This document shows, one piece after another, positions 1-9,167 of a stretch of DNA of 64,000 nucleotides (position 1 is its first letter; every line of letters begins with the position of its first letter). The stretch is from NCBI GenBank assembly GCA_029262455.1, contig JAJCZJ010000105.1, positions 4,885 through 68,884 on the forward strand. Reading direction: 5' to 3'. This DNA is from Deltaproteobacteria bacterium (GTDB taxonomy: Bacteria; Desulfobacterota; Binatia; HRBIN30; CADEER01). Position numbers and translations under genes: made by a program. Below the pieces are notes generated by a model, which saw only the letters and a program-made list of their open reading frames with translations, was not told the DNA's origin and did not search any database.

Positions 1-794
1 CCTTCGATGACACGCGTGCCGCCGAGACACAGGACGACCAGCGTCCCGAGGCCCGAGGCGGTTCGCATGATCGGGCCCAGTTGGCCGCGTACGCGGGCGA
101 GAGCAAGACTCTCGTTGGTGAGATTGCGGTTGTTGCGTGAAAAACGGCGTACGGCGACATCTTCCGCTTCGTAGGATCGGATCACGTGGATGCCGGCGAT
201 GTTTTCTTGGACCACACTGCTCAGCGAAGCCAATTCCTCCTGGACGCGCAGAGTCTGCTCCATCATTTTTCTCGAAACACGTTTGACGATGAACAGCAGT
301 AGCGGGAAAGGGAGCAGGGCCGCGAGTGTCAACGTCGGATCGAGGGCAAGCATGATGGTGAGGCCGTAGGCGTAGTAGATCGGCGTGTTGAGCAAGTTGA
401 GAAAGCCGACGCCGAGAAGCATGCGGATCGCCGTGACGTCGTTGATCAGGCGCGACATCAGGTCGCCAGTTTGTTGGTATTGGTAGTATTCGAGCGGCAA
501 GGTCTCGAGGTGCGCGAAGAGATCGTTGCGCAAATCACATTCGACGTCGCGGCCGACGTTGAAGATCATCGATCGGGACAGGGTCCGGACGAATCCCTGG
601 ACGATCGCAATGGCCGCGATCAATCCGGCAAGGGACGCCACGTCCGCGAACGGTTTGCCGGCCTCGATCGATTCGATCGCCTGCTTCAGCAAGTAGGGCA
701 CCGCCATCGCGAGCGATGCGGTGAGCAGTAGGCAGGCCGCACCAAACGCGTAGCGCGGCCAGTAGCGCCGTAGATAGCCCCAGAGGCGTAACAC
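1..794 (-). CDS. ABC exporter, N-terminal transmembrane domain (MsbA-like); partial, C-terminus lies beyond window start
   Basis: Reverse-complement translation reads (V/M)LRLWGYLRRYWPRYAFGAACLLLTASLAMAVPYLLKQAIESIEAGKPF...LLGVGFLNLLNTPIYYAYGLTIMLALDPTLTLAALLPFPLLLFIVKRVSRKMMEQTL...IRSYEAEDVAVRRF, a typical type-I ABC exporter TMD. In-frame GTG start at 794. Absent from the ORF track only because it runs off the edge. Confidence 0.7.
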   Translation of the reverse strand, partial: MLRLWGYLRRYWPRYAFGAACLLLTASLAMAVPYLLKQAIESIEAGKPFADVASLAGLIAAIAIVQGFVRTLSRSMIFNVGRDVECDLRNDLFAHLETLPLEYYQYQQTGDLMSRLINDVTAIRMLLGVGFLNLLNTPIYYAYGLTIMLALDPTLTLAALLPFPLLLFIVKRVSRKMMEQTLRVQEELASLSSVVQENIAGIHVIRSYEAEDVAVRRFSRNNRNLTNESLALARVRGQLGPIMRTASGLGTLVVLCLGGTRVIE

Positions 795-910
795 CCGGGC
801 ATCATCCCATATGGCGACCCCGATGCAACGTAGCCCCAGTGGTCGCGATAGGGGCGGAGGGGCGGGGCGTGTTCGCCTTCGCCCCTCCGTTGTTCGCTTC
901 TTGCTTTACG

Positions 911-2239
911 TTACTTGAGAACCTTGCCATGCCACACGCGCATGCGACCGAAGTGCCCGCGTTGTGGCGTCGTTCCGGCGCGACCGGATTTCCAGTTGGG
1001 GTGGACGACATCGCCAAAGGCGACCCCGATGTCGAGAACGCCGTCGTTGTTCGTGTCCGCGATGTCAATGCCCCAGCTTCGCATCTCGCCGGTGCCCGGA
1101 AGGCCGGTAGCGGCCGCATGAGTCCAGTTGCCGTTCCCGTCGTTGAGATATGGGAACACGCCGTAAACGCCGCCGATCTGGTCGAGAGCCCGTTTGCCGA
1201 CTGCGACGAGATCTGCGTCGCCGTCGTTGTCGAGATCGCCAACCGCGACACCCAGCGCATTGATCGGCTTGATGCCCTTGTTGGAGAACTTCCAGGACCC
1301 GTCTGCTTGTTGCAGGAACACCTCAATGCCGCCGCCAGCGCAAACCTCGCTGTCTGGACCGCAGCCAGCCTGCGGCGGCATCTGGGAGCCAGAGACGACG
1401 TCGACAAGACCGTCGCCATTGAGGTCGCCGGTTGCGATGCCCCAGTACAAACCGTGGATGTCCGGTGCCGGCAATCCCACCGAAGACTCGGACCAACCGC
1501 CCTTGCCATCCCCCAGCCAAACGCGCGGGCCGGCCGAGTAGGCCGCGACGACGTCGAGATTGCCGTCGTTGTTGAAATCGTCCAAGTCGATGCCGTTGCC
1601 CCACTCTTCGATCGACAGGCCGTCCGAAGACTCCCGCCAAACCCCCTTACAGTTGCCGGTAAATGCGCGCACACCTTCTTCCGCGGCCGCCACCGAGACC
1701 AAATCAGCGCAGCCGTCGTTCGTGAAGTCCCCGAGCGCCACATCTTCGCTGCCGATCGTCGGCAGTCCGGATGACGCACCGCGCCAATTGCCCTGGCCGT
1801 CGCCGAGGAACACGAAGACTCCTTTGCAATGGTCGGCAATCGCTAGATCCATTAGACCGTCGTTGTCGACGTCGGCGAAATCGACACCACCTCCGCAGAA
1901 CTGTTCACGTGGTAATCCCTCGCCAGCGGCGCGCCAAGATCCTTTGCCGTCCGTAATCCAGGCCCAGGGCCCGTCGGATAGGCGCGACACCGCAGCCATG
2001 TCTGCGAATCCGTCGCCGTTCACGTCACCGAAGCCGACTTGCGACTTCCAGATCCGGGACTGTGGTAGCCCGTCGGATGCCTCGACATATCGCAAATTGG
2101 TGTTGGGTACGGGGTTGCTCGCTTCCCTGACCACCGCCCTCGCACTTTCCTTTGCACTTTCTGTTGCAGCCCCACCGAGCTGAGAGCAGCCGATTCCTGC
2201 CAGGCTGAACGCCAAAATAAATACCAAAATCCTACGCAT
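911..2239 (-). CDS. FG-GAP/VCBS-repeat extracellular protein with signal peptide (possible lipoprotein)
   Basis: At least seven FG-GAP-type Ca-binding repeats (DVNGDGFADMAAV, DVDNDGLMDLAIAD, DFTNDGCADLVSVAA, DFNNDGNLDVVAAY, DLNGDGLVDVVSG, DLDNDGDADLVAVG, DTNNDGVLDIGVAFGD). Internal Met start MRRILVFILAFSLAGIGCSQ at 2239 has a GGAGG RBS and an N-terminal signal. The longer track ORF (to 2839) is an upstream read-through. Confidence 0.8.
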   Translation of the reverse strand: MRRILVFILAFSLAGIGCSQLGGAATESAKESARAVVREASNPVPNTNLRYVEASDGLPQSRIWKSQVGFGDVNGDGFADMAAVSRLSDGPWAWITDGKGSWRAAGEGLPREQFCGGGVDFADVDNDGLMDLAIADHCKGVFVFLGDGQGNWRGASSGLPTIGSEDVALGDFTNDGCADLVSVAAAEEGVRAFTGNCKGVWRESSDGLSIEEWGNGIDLDDFNNDGNLDVVAAYSAGPRVWLGDGKGGWSESSVGLPAPDIHGLYWGIATGDLNGDGLVDVVSGSQMPPQAGCGPDSEVCAGGGIEVFLQQADGSWKFSNKGIKPINALGVAVGDLDNDGDADLVAVGKRALDQIGGVYGVFPYLNDGNGNWTHAAATGLPGTGEMRSWGIDIADTNNDGVLDIGVAFGDVVHPNWKSGRAGTTPQRGHFGRMRVWHGKVLK

Positions 2240-2464
2240 CTTCACTTCCTCCAGCCGTTCCATCACAAAGGTTCTCAGGCAGAGACTTCCCCACCGCTTC
2301 GAAAATTCACTTTCGAAGAACAACCCCGCGCTGTAGCACCGCCCCCCATGGGGGTCAAGAAATGCCCGCGAGGCCTCTCCTTCAAGCCGGATATGAGCCG
2401 TTTGCTGCGTCCCCGTGAGGCAAATCTGCCGCCCCGGTCCGCCCGCTGCGTGAACCCCAAATGC

Positions 2465-2479
2465 CTTTTCCGCTTGACA
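2465..2479 (+). promoter_or_regulatory. Promoter-like motif CTTTTCCGCTTGACA (contains -35 TTGACA) upstream of P1-P2 operon
   Basis: TTGACA at 2474-2479 with a possible -10 (TAACTG) 17 nt downstream. The motif is nearly identical to the one upstream of P3 at 19312-19327. Confidence 0.45.
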
Positions 2480-2642
2480 AGCGCTACGGGGTACAGTAAC
2501 TGGAGGCAGCTTTGCATCGTCCGGAACGAAAATCCGGTGGGTGCGGTTGCGCAAATAGCAATACGTAGTGTACTTCGGGACACTTGGTTTGAAAGGTAGG
2601 CAACGCAAAACGCGCGTGCTTGCCAAGGAAAGGAGACGGGTG

Positions 2643-3881
2643 ATGAGCAAGGGACTGAGGATGCGCTGTATGTTGAGCCTCTGCGGAGTGCTGACAGGCG
2701 TCTTCGGGCTCGCGCTAACAGCGGGAGCAGAAGTCACGTCAGATAGCAGCGGATCGGTCTTGGTGTATCCGAAGGTGATGTATTCGGATTCGGAAGGTGG
2801 GCGGGATACAATCATCCAGCTCTCCAATACGAGCAACAACCCGGTCTACGCACACTGTTTTTATGTGGATTCACGGGAGATCTTTGGCCGGCCGCTTTGG
2901 CAGGTGACCGATTTCCGGTTGGTCCTCACAAAGCAACAACCAACCCACTGGGTCGCGAGTATGGGTCGTTCTCAGAACAATAACGACAACTTCCAGACCC
3001 CTACTCAAGACGGTGCCGGACTCGATCCGGGCGGTATCCCGCCGGTAACGAGTGGTTTCCAGGGTGAACTGAAGTGTGTCCAGACCGACGCTTCAGGTAC
3101 TCCCTTTGGTGGAAACAGCCTCAAGGGTGAGGCTGTTTTGAGAAGCCGCGATGGCGATGTCAGTAAGTACAACGCGCTCGGCATCATCGCGAACCCCGAT
3201 TTCGCCAGCGACGGCGATCCGGACGAGCTACTGTTGAACAACACCGCGAACTTCGACGGTGAGTACAACTCGTGTTCGAACATGGTTCTGATGGATCACT
3301 TCGCAGATGGAGCGCCGGCGTGTCCGATTGAGACCTGTCTGACGCCTTCAAACGTTTGTAGCGGTTCAGGCGCGGCCTGCGCCGAAGACTCGGATTGCCC
3401 GATCACCTGCCCGATTCGCCCCTACCTGACCATGGTCCCGTGTCAGCAGGATCTCGAGAATCTGATTCCCGAGAGCGTTACGGTTCAGTTCGCAATCACG
3501 AACGAATTTGAGAACAACTTCTCGACGAGCACGACGGTCGATTGTTGGGAGAATACACGCCTCGCCGATATCGATGTCGGTAACGGTAACTGCACAGGAT
3601 CCACGACCCCATGTTCGGTGGATTCCGATTGCATCACGGGTCTGTGTGACAAGACGAACAGTGTGTTTTCGTTCGCTGTTCTAGGTAGCAACTCAGCGTT
3701 TACGACGATCACACCGGTGGGATTGGATGGTGGCATCATCGCGATCGGTGAGGAGCAGCACTACTCTCAGGGCGCGGCCGACCGTGCCTGGGCAGCGTGG
3801 AACCTGCATCAGATGGGGACTCGCTTCGACGCGACCGACACTCAGCGTGTTGACCGCATCCGCATCCCACAGCAGTTCTAG
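2643..3881 (+). CDS. Secreted Cys-rich protein, novel paralogous family member P1
   Basis: RBS AAGGAAAGGAG precedes the ATG. Signal peptide MSKGLRMRCMLSLCGVLTGVFGLALTAGA. Carries the family motifs VLVYPKV, DTIIQLSNTSN, AHCFYV, DFRLVLTKQQP, GELKCVQ, LKGEAV, YNALGI, LMDHFADGA, LTMVPC, VQFAITNEFENNFSTSTTVDCWE, plus two CxxDSDC inserts. Confidence 0.8.
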   Translation: MSKGLRMRCMLSLCGVLTGVFGLALTAGAEVTSDSSGSVLVYPKVMYSDSEGGRDTIIQLSNTSNNPVYAHCFYVDSREIFGRPLWQVTDFRLVLTKQQPTHWVASMGRSQNNNDNFQTPTQDGAGLDPGGIPPVTSGFQGELKCVQTDASGTPFGGNSLKGEAVLRSRDGDVSKYNALGIIANPDFASDGDPDELLLNNTANFDGEYNSCSNMVLMDHFADGAPACPIETCLTPSNVCSGSGAACAEDSDCPITCPIRPYLTMVPCQQDLENLIPESVTVQFAITNEFENNFSTSTTVDCWENTRLADIDVGNGNCTGSTTPCSVDSDCITGLCDKTNSVFSFAVLGSNSAFTTITPVGLDGGIIAIGEEQHYSQGAADRAWAAWNLHQMGTRFDATDTQRVDRIRIPQQF

Positions 3882-3942
3882 TTACGGGTGACGGAGAGAA
3901 GCCATGGTGTTTTCGTCGAGAGGTGAGGAAAGGAGTCAAGTG

Positions 3943-5286
3943 ATGAGCACGAAGATGGGGTTCTGGCGGTACGCCCTCGCGGGCACTGCAATGCTGCTTC
4001 TGTGCAGCAGCGCAGCCAGCGCTAGAATCATTGAAGCCAAAGGAATTAGCACGATCGAGAAGGGGGCAATTCTAGTTTATATTGACCTCGAACTCGATAC
4101 TGTTAACGGAATCGATACGCGGTTGCAGTTGACCAACACGTCGAACTTTTTGACGCGCGTCGATTGTTATTACGTCAACGCCAACAGCCACTGTGGTGGC
4201 GATGGCGGGCCGATTTGCGATTCGGACGCCCGCTGTGTCGAGTTGGGCTTTTCGTCCAATATTCGCTGTTTGCCGGGCTGGGCCAAGAGAGATTTTCGTC
4301 TGACCTTGACTAAGCGTCAGCCGCTTTCTTGGAATCTGGGCGATGGTCTCAGCCGGCTGCCACTTGCAGATCAGCCGAGCCAAGACGGGCAGTTCAACGA
4401 AGGTGCGATTCCGCCTGCACCGGAAGACCCGTTCATCGGTGAGCTGCGCTGTGTGCAGAAGGATGTCGGAGATCCCGATCGTCCGAGTGACCGCAATGAT
4501 CTCAAGGGTGAGATGACTGTTGTGCAAACCTCGAGCAACAACTCGATCGACGCGCGCAAGGCCAACGCCATTGCGATCAAGGCGATCGAAGGGGCGCAGG
4601 ACGGTGATCCGAACACTCTGAATATCGGTGGTCCCGAGGCCGAGTACGGATCGTTTCCGGCCGATGGCCAGGAAGGAAACGTTGGTTGTCCGAACATCTG
4701 GACGGTCAATCACTTCTTCGAGGGTGCGGAAGTCGTCTCTCACGAGGGGGGCGTCAACCAGAACGTCAACACGAAGATGACAGTCGTTCCTTGTGGGGCG
4801 AATTTTCTGACTGACATTGCTGGCACGGCGACGTTGCAGTTCCTGATCTACAACGAGTTCGAGCAGCGTTTGTCGACCTCCACCAGTGTGGACTGTTACA
4901 AAGAGACACTGCTGGCTGACATCGATACCCGTCCGGGTAACATCAACAATGAAAATCGTCGGTCGATTTTCAGTGTCGGTACCCAGGGCACGTTGACTGG
5001 TATGTCTCGCGTTCGTTCGGTCTCTGGTCCGGATGACAACGAAGACAATTACGATGGCAACGGCGTTCTCATCCAACTCGAAGAGTTGTGGGGGCTCGGT
5101 ACCTGTGGTGCAGCGCCTGCAAATGGTGAGACGAGAAACGCGGTCGCGCTTTGTGGGGTCGATTCGGATTGTCCGGATGGACAAGTTTGCAACCCGGTTT
5201 CCGGTGGTCTTCCGTACAAGACCACAGCGGCGAATGTGCAGTTCCAGGGGAATCGAAGCCAGGGCGATCAGATCATCCTGCCGTAA
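3943..5286 (+). CDS. Secreted Cys-rich protein, novel paralogous family member P2
   Basis: Starts 62 nt after P1 with an AGGAG RBS. Signal peptide MSTKMGFWRYALAGTAMLLLCSSAASA. Motifs DTRLQLTNTSN, CYYVNANSHC, DFRLTLTKRQP, GELRCVQ, LKGEM, NHFFEGAE, MTVVPC, LQFLIYNEFEQRLSTSTSVDCY, SIFSVGTQGTLTG, CGVDSDCPDGQVC. Ends ...IILP. Confidence 0.8.
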   Translation: MSTKMGFWRYALAGTAMLLLCSSAASARIIEAKGISTIEKGAILVYIDLELDTVNGIDTRLQLTNTSNFLTRVDCYYVNANSHCGGDGGPICDSDARCVELGFSSNIRCLPGWAKRDFRLTLTKRQPLSWNLGDGLSRLPLADQPSQDGQFNEGAIPPAPEDPFIGELRCVQKDVGDPDRPSDRNDLKGEMTVVQTSSNNSIDARKANAIAIKAIEGAQDGDPNTLNIGGPEAEYGSFPADGQEGNVGCPNIWTVNHFFEGAEVVSHEGGVNQNVNTKMTVVPCGANFLTDIAGTATLQFLIYNEFEQRLSTSTSVDCYKETLLADIDTRPGNINNENRRSIFSVGTQGTLTGMSRVRSVSGPDDNEDNYDGNGVLIQLEELWGLGTCGAAPANGETRNAVALCGVDSDCPDGQVCNPVSGGLPYKTTAANVQFQGNRSQGDQIILP

Positions 5287-5313
5287 CCCTGATCTAGTCA
5301 TCACTTGAATCAG

Positions 5314-5348
5314 CCCCGGGAGAGTCCGACTCTCCCGGGGTTTTTTTT
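5314..5348 (+). terminator. Rho-independent terminator after P2
   Basis: Perfect hairpin CCCCGGGAGAG-tccga-CTCTCCCGGGG followed by TTTTTTTT. Confidence 0.85.
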
Positions 5349-5536
5349 CGGCCGCAGCTCTGCTTGATCGAAAGAGGGTGAAGTTGGGGCAGGGGGCATC
5401 GCAACGTTGGGGGGCTTCTTGCGGTCGTGCCAAGCTCGAATCGTTGCGGCGGGGATTTGGCTTTACGAGGTAGGGCGGGCTTTCGCCCGCGGCGCCCGGC
5501 CGGCATGAGGGGGCGTTTGCGGATCAGAGGGACCTC

Positions 5537-5700
5537 ATGGGGCGTCGGCTGAGAGTGCCGCAACCGGGGCGGGGCACAGGGGCGTCGGCTGACCAGGCGT
5601 GCCAAGGGGCCGGCTTAGAGTGCCACACCCGGGCGAAGTGAGGGGGCGTCGGCTACCAGGCCTCCACGTAGGGTGGCTTAGAGTGCCTTACGTGGGGCGG
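5537..5700. repeat. Intergenic degenerate tandem repeat (~40-65 bp units; GGGGCGTCGGCT ... GGCTTAGAGTGCC)
   Basis: GGGGCGTCGGCT occurs at ~5538, ~5578 and ~5642. GGCTTAGAGTGCC occurs twice, plus a GAGAGTGCC variant. The array lies between convergent gene ends (P2 and the ABC permease). Confidence 0.6.
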
Positions 5701-5756
5701 CCGCAACGCACACGAGGTCGGATCCTCACGGCCAAGAGTGTGCCGGCTTGGGGTTG

Positions 5757-7532
5757 TCAGAGTTCCAGCCGCTCGAGCTTACCGATGCCGTGGCGGACAG
5801 ACATGGTGAAGACCGCGATGGTGAGGACGACCACCGCGCTAAGAGAAGTTATGACGCCGAACCAAGCGGAATGGCTGAGGGGCGTTCCAGAGAACTGGCT
5901 CGTGAAGATGACGTAGACCGGCCAGGCCTCGAGTGTGACGACTGCGCCAATGAACGACATGGCCTGCACCATGAATACGAGGCCGCCCGCGCTCGATGCG
6001 ACTTTCGCGGCGTTCTCAGCTTCGAAGTCGGGATAGCTGGCACCGACGGCGAGGGCTAGCGATACGATGGGAAAGATCATCGCCAGCAGAGTGGCGGTTG
6101 CCAGCCAGTTCATGAATGGCATCACTTGCAGATAGGCGTTTGTCGCGAGGATCAGGATTTCACCGAGAATGAGCAAGGGGACGAGGCCACTCCAGAATTT
6201 GGCCCACCACAGCTGTGCTGCGGAGACGGGGGCGGTCTTGATCGCCCAAAACGCGCGTCCCTCGAGACTGATGGAGGGATAGACGAAACGTGCCGCGACC
6301 GAGGCCGTCACGAATGCCGCAAGCGCGAGATTGACGAAGGCGATGACGTTTTTGAAGTAAAACGTAACCAGCGGGCTACCGTTAATTGGCAATACGCTAA
6401 AGTTGTAGACGTACACGACGATCAGCGCGGCGAGGAGAATCAGCTGGGACCACTGGCTCGTATCCCTGAAGAAGGTTTTGATTTCCTTCTCGACCAGAAC
6501 GCGCGTCGCTGACTGGAATGGAGAGGTCAGGATCCGCAGGACGGTTTCCCACACAGGGCGCATCGCCTTGCGGGTTTGGCGACCTTCTTGGGCCTTGGTC
6601 CAGCCTTTGTCGAACAGTCGCGTGACTACGGCTTCGCAAGCCATGACTGCCACGCCGGCCGTGGATAGGAGGACCATGTAGTAGAACAGGGGTTGCCCGT
6701 CGCGCAGGCCGAGCATCGGGAAAATGATCTCAGTCGCCCAGGTGCTGGGCAGGAATGCCCATTCGGGCGTCTGCATTGCGTTTAGAAAGGCGGTGAAGTC
6801 GGCAAAACCCTCGGGATTTACGAGCCTTTCTGGCCGAATCATGCGGAATAGCATGTACAGTAGCGCGACCGAGAACACCGCTAGGATGAGCAGGATGTCT
6901 TTGGTCCGGCGCGCCGGAAAGACGTTGACGAGAATCGTGGTCAGCATCACACCGATCGCAGCCGGGATCACCAAGAACGGTGGCAGGGTTGCCGCGGTGA
7001 CGAGGTAGAACGCCGGGCCAGTCCCGTGAACGACGCCGTAGGCGAGAAAGGCTGGCGCCGAGAAAAGCAGCATCATCCACGAGGAGTCGATGATGGTCTC
7101 GGCGAACCGGGCGTAAAAGAGGTTGCGTGTCGGGACCGGCGCGGCAACGACTCTTTCGAGCTCTCGGGCGAGAAAAAACGTCGACAGAGAAGCGACGATG
7201 TTGGAAAAAAGCAAGATCGAGAAGAACGTTACGAAAACCATGCCGAGTAGCTTGTAGGTCAGAATTGGTCCGAAGTCGGGAACTGCCAGAAAGTAGCTCA
7301 GTGCGCGGTAGAAAAATGCAAACACCGCCCCGGCAAACGCCAGCGCTAGGACTGCGAAGCCTCCTAGACGCACGCGGGCGGCGTGTGAGTACCGCTTGTA
7401 TCGGTTGCGCGAGGCCATGAACCGCGGCGCGAGTAACAATCGCAGCCAGCCGAAGAAACCGGGATCGGAAGCCGGCGTTTGCTGTGAGTGCCATGTCCCG
7501 GCGGTGGCCGTATCGGCAAGGGGCGGGGTCAT
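5757..7532 (-). CDS. Putative ABC exporter polytopic membrane protein (ABC-2-like permease partner)
   Basis: 591 aa with many hydrophobic helices throughout. Overlaps the upstream ABC ATPase by 4 nt (ATGA), indicating an operon. Confidence 0.65.
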   Translation of the reverse strand: MTPPLADTATAGTWHSQQTPASDPGFFGWLRLLLAPRFMASRNRYKRYSHAARVRLGGFAVLALAFAGAVFAFFYRALSYFLAVPDFGPILTYKLLGMVFVTFFSILLFSNIVASLSTFFLARELERVVAAPVPTRNLFYARFAETIIDSSWMMLLFSAPAFLAYGVVHGTGPAFYLVTAATLPPFLVIPAAIGVMLTTILVNVFPARRTKDILLILAVFSVALLYMLFRMIRPERLVNPEGFADFTAFLNAMQTPEWAFLPSTWATEIIFPMLGLRDGQPLFYYMVLLSTAGVAVMACEAVVTRLFDKGWTKAQEGRQTRKAMRPVWETVLRILTSPFQSATRVLVEKEIKTFFRDTSQWSQLILLAALIVVYVYNFSVLPINGSPLVTFYFKNVIAFVNLALAAFVTASVAARFVYPSISLEGRAFWAIKTAPVSAAQLWWAKFWSGLVPLLILGEILILATNAYLQVMPFMNWLATATLLAMIFPIVSLALAVGASYPDFEAENAAKVASSAGGLVFMVQAMSFIGAVVTLEAWPVYVIFTSQFSGTPLSHSAWFGVITSLSAVVVLTIAVFTMSVRHGIGKLERLEL

Positions 7533-8287
7533 GCGAGGAGCGCCTGGGCCTCGGGTTCCGTGTCGCCACCCGTCAGGCTAAGGAAAATCGACTCCAGACT
7601 CGAGTCCGCATCACGGCCGGCCTGGGAGCGAAGCTCCTCGACCGTCCCGAGCGCGATGAGTTGCCCCTTGAGGATGATTCCGACGCGGTCGCATAGCTCT
7701 TCCGCGACCTCGAGGCTGTGGGTCGACATGAAGACGGTGGCGCCGCGGTCCGCAGTGTCGCGAAAGATCCTCTTGAGCAGTCTTGCTCCGCGCGGATCCA
7801 TTCCGACGGTTGGTTCGTCGACGATGAGAAGGCTCGGCTGATGCATCAGCGCACTTGCCATGACGAGTCTCTGTTTCATGCCATGCGAGTATCCTTCGAT
7901 TAGCTCATCTCCCCAGTCGCCCAGATCAAACACTTCTAGAAATCGCTCTCGACGGGTGTTCCGTTCCTTCTCGGGCAAGGAGTAGAGCTGCGCTGCAAAG
8001 TCTAGGTACTCGGAGCCGGTCAGCTTGTCGTACACATGGGGCCGGTCCGGGACGAACCCGCACAGGGACTTTGCCGCCAGCGGGTTCTTAATGAGGTCGT
8101 AGCCGCCGAGATTGATCTGCCCCGAGGTCGGCTGTAGCAACCCCATCATCATTCGAATGGTGGTGGTCTTGCCCGCGCCGTTGGGGCCTAGGAAGCCGAA
8201 GATCTCCCCATCGGGTACCTGGAGGTTCAGCTGATTGACTGCCAGCGTACTGGCGTACTGTTTGGTCAGGGCGATTAGCTCGATCAT
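7529..8287 (-). CDS. ABC transporter ATP-binding protein (ABC-2/DrrA-like)
   Basis: Walker A GPNGAGKTT, signature YSHGMKQRL, Walker B LLIVDEPTVGMD. Confidence 0.9.
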   Translation of the reverse strand: MIELIALTKQYASTLAVNQLNLQVPDGEIFGFLGPNGAGKTTTIRMMMGLLQPTSGQINLGGYDLIKNPLAAKSLCGFVPDRPHVYDKLTGSEYLDFAAQLYSLPEKERNTRRERFLEVFDLGDWGDELIEGYSHGMKQRLVMASALMHQPSLLIVDEPTVGMDPRGARLLKRIFRDTADRGATVFMSTHSLEVAEELCDRVGIILKGQLIALGTVEELRSQAGRDADSSLESIFLSLTGGDTEPEAQALLA

Positions 8288-8377
8288 GTGGCCTCCTACG
8301 CAGATGGCAAACCGGTACGTCTCTGCGTTAAAGCAAAAAGAATGCCCGGTGGTTCGCTATATTTAGGCTTTGAGGTG

Positions 8378-8752
8378 TCATTTTCGCGAACTGGCGTCGG
8401 TGGCATTCACCCGCCGGTTTTTCGCGTTTCGCTGGCTGCCTGCCCATTGGAACCGCATCAGGTCGATACGCCCTGATCGACGCACATCGACACCCTCCGA
8501 TTCGAGCATGTCGCGCTGCAGAAAGGCTCGCTCGTCATCGCGTGCGCGACTGATTCCTTGCGCTGCGATGACTCGTTGCCACGGAATGATCGCTTCGAGA
8601 CGACGCGGCAGGCGGGCAAGGGCGGTTCCGACCGCACGGGCAGCGCGCGGGTGTCCGACGTATGCGGCGATCTGACCGTACGTCGCGACGCTACCTTTCG
8701 GTATCCGTCGGACCGCTGCATAAACTGCCGAGGTGAAACTTGTCTGTGTCAC
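8378..8752 (-). CDS. Alkyltransferase-like protein (ATL; MGMT DNA-binding domain with Trp replacing the active-site Cys)
   Basis: MGMT C-terminal domain signature YGQIAAYVG...PRAARAVGTAL. IPWQRVI stands where catalytic MGMTs have PCHRV. Confidence 0.7.
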   Translation of the reverse strand: MTQTSFTSAVYAAVRRIPKGSVATYGQIAAYVGHPRAARAVGTALARLPRRLEAIIPWQRVIAAQGISRARDDERAFLQRDMLESEGVDVRRSGRIDLMRFQWAGSQRNAKNRRVNATDASSRK

Positions 8753-8794
8753 TGCTGTGGCGTGCCGGGGGCCGACGCTAGATCGGCTCGAAAA

Positions 8795-9076
8795 CTACGA
8801 GTTGGGCGGCGGGAAGACTTGGAGGAAAGGATGGATATCGATTCGCTCGAAGATACCGTTTTCGACATAGGGATCCCGCGCCACGGTTTTCCAAACGTCG
8901 GCTTGCGACTCGGCTTCGACGACGATCAGCGAACCGGCGCCGTCAGTCAAGGGGCCGGCCAAGATCAATTTCCCGGCGCTTTGGATGTCTTCGAGGTGCG
9001 CCAAGTGAGCTGGGCGATGGACAGGGCGCCGGTCTTTCGCGTCGCGAGCGTCGTGGGCGATGATGGCAAACAACAT
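8795..9076 (-). CDS. YciI-like (Dabb-fold) protein
   Basis: MLFAIIAHDARDAKDRRPVHRPAHLAHL...GKLILAGPL...GSLIVVEAESQADVWKTVARDPYVENGIFERIDIHPF. Internal Met start has an AGGAGG RBS; the longer track ORF is a read-through. Confidence 0.7.
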   Translation of the reverse strand: MLFAIIAHDARDAKDRRPVHRPAHLAHLEDIQSAGKLILAGPLTDGAGSLIVVEAESQADVWKTVARDPYVENGIFERIDIHPFLQVFPPPNS

Positions 9077-9167
9077 GGGCTTCCCTCCTGGGCTTTCCTC
9101 CTGGGCTTCCTCCGCGGAGTGGTGCGCTTGTTTTGCTATGTGCGTCAGTCGCGCTACGATACCGAAC

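Noticed and set aside
802-2839. ORFs 802-1839(-), 839-1774(+), 1194-1541(+), 1560-2183(+) and the extended 911-2839(-) read-through
   Set aside because: These are alternative frames or upstream extensions overlapping the FG-GAP gene. Only the frame with the FG-GAP repeats, starting at the signal-peptide Met (2239), is supported.
4072-5433. 453-aa minus-strand ORF antisense to P2
   Set aside because: Arg/Thr-rich, with no motifs, RBS or signal. It is a typical stop-free antisense frame in high-GC DNA, and P2 on the + strand has strong family conservation.
5537-5700. Possible CRISPR array
   Set aside because: The repeats are degenerate, of unequal spacing and only 2-3 units. No cas genes are present. 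It is more consistent with a REP-like intergenic repeat.
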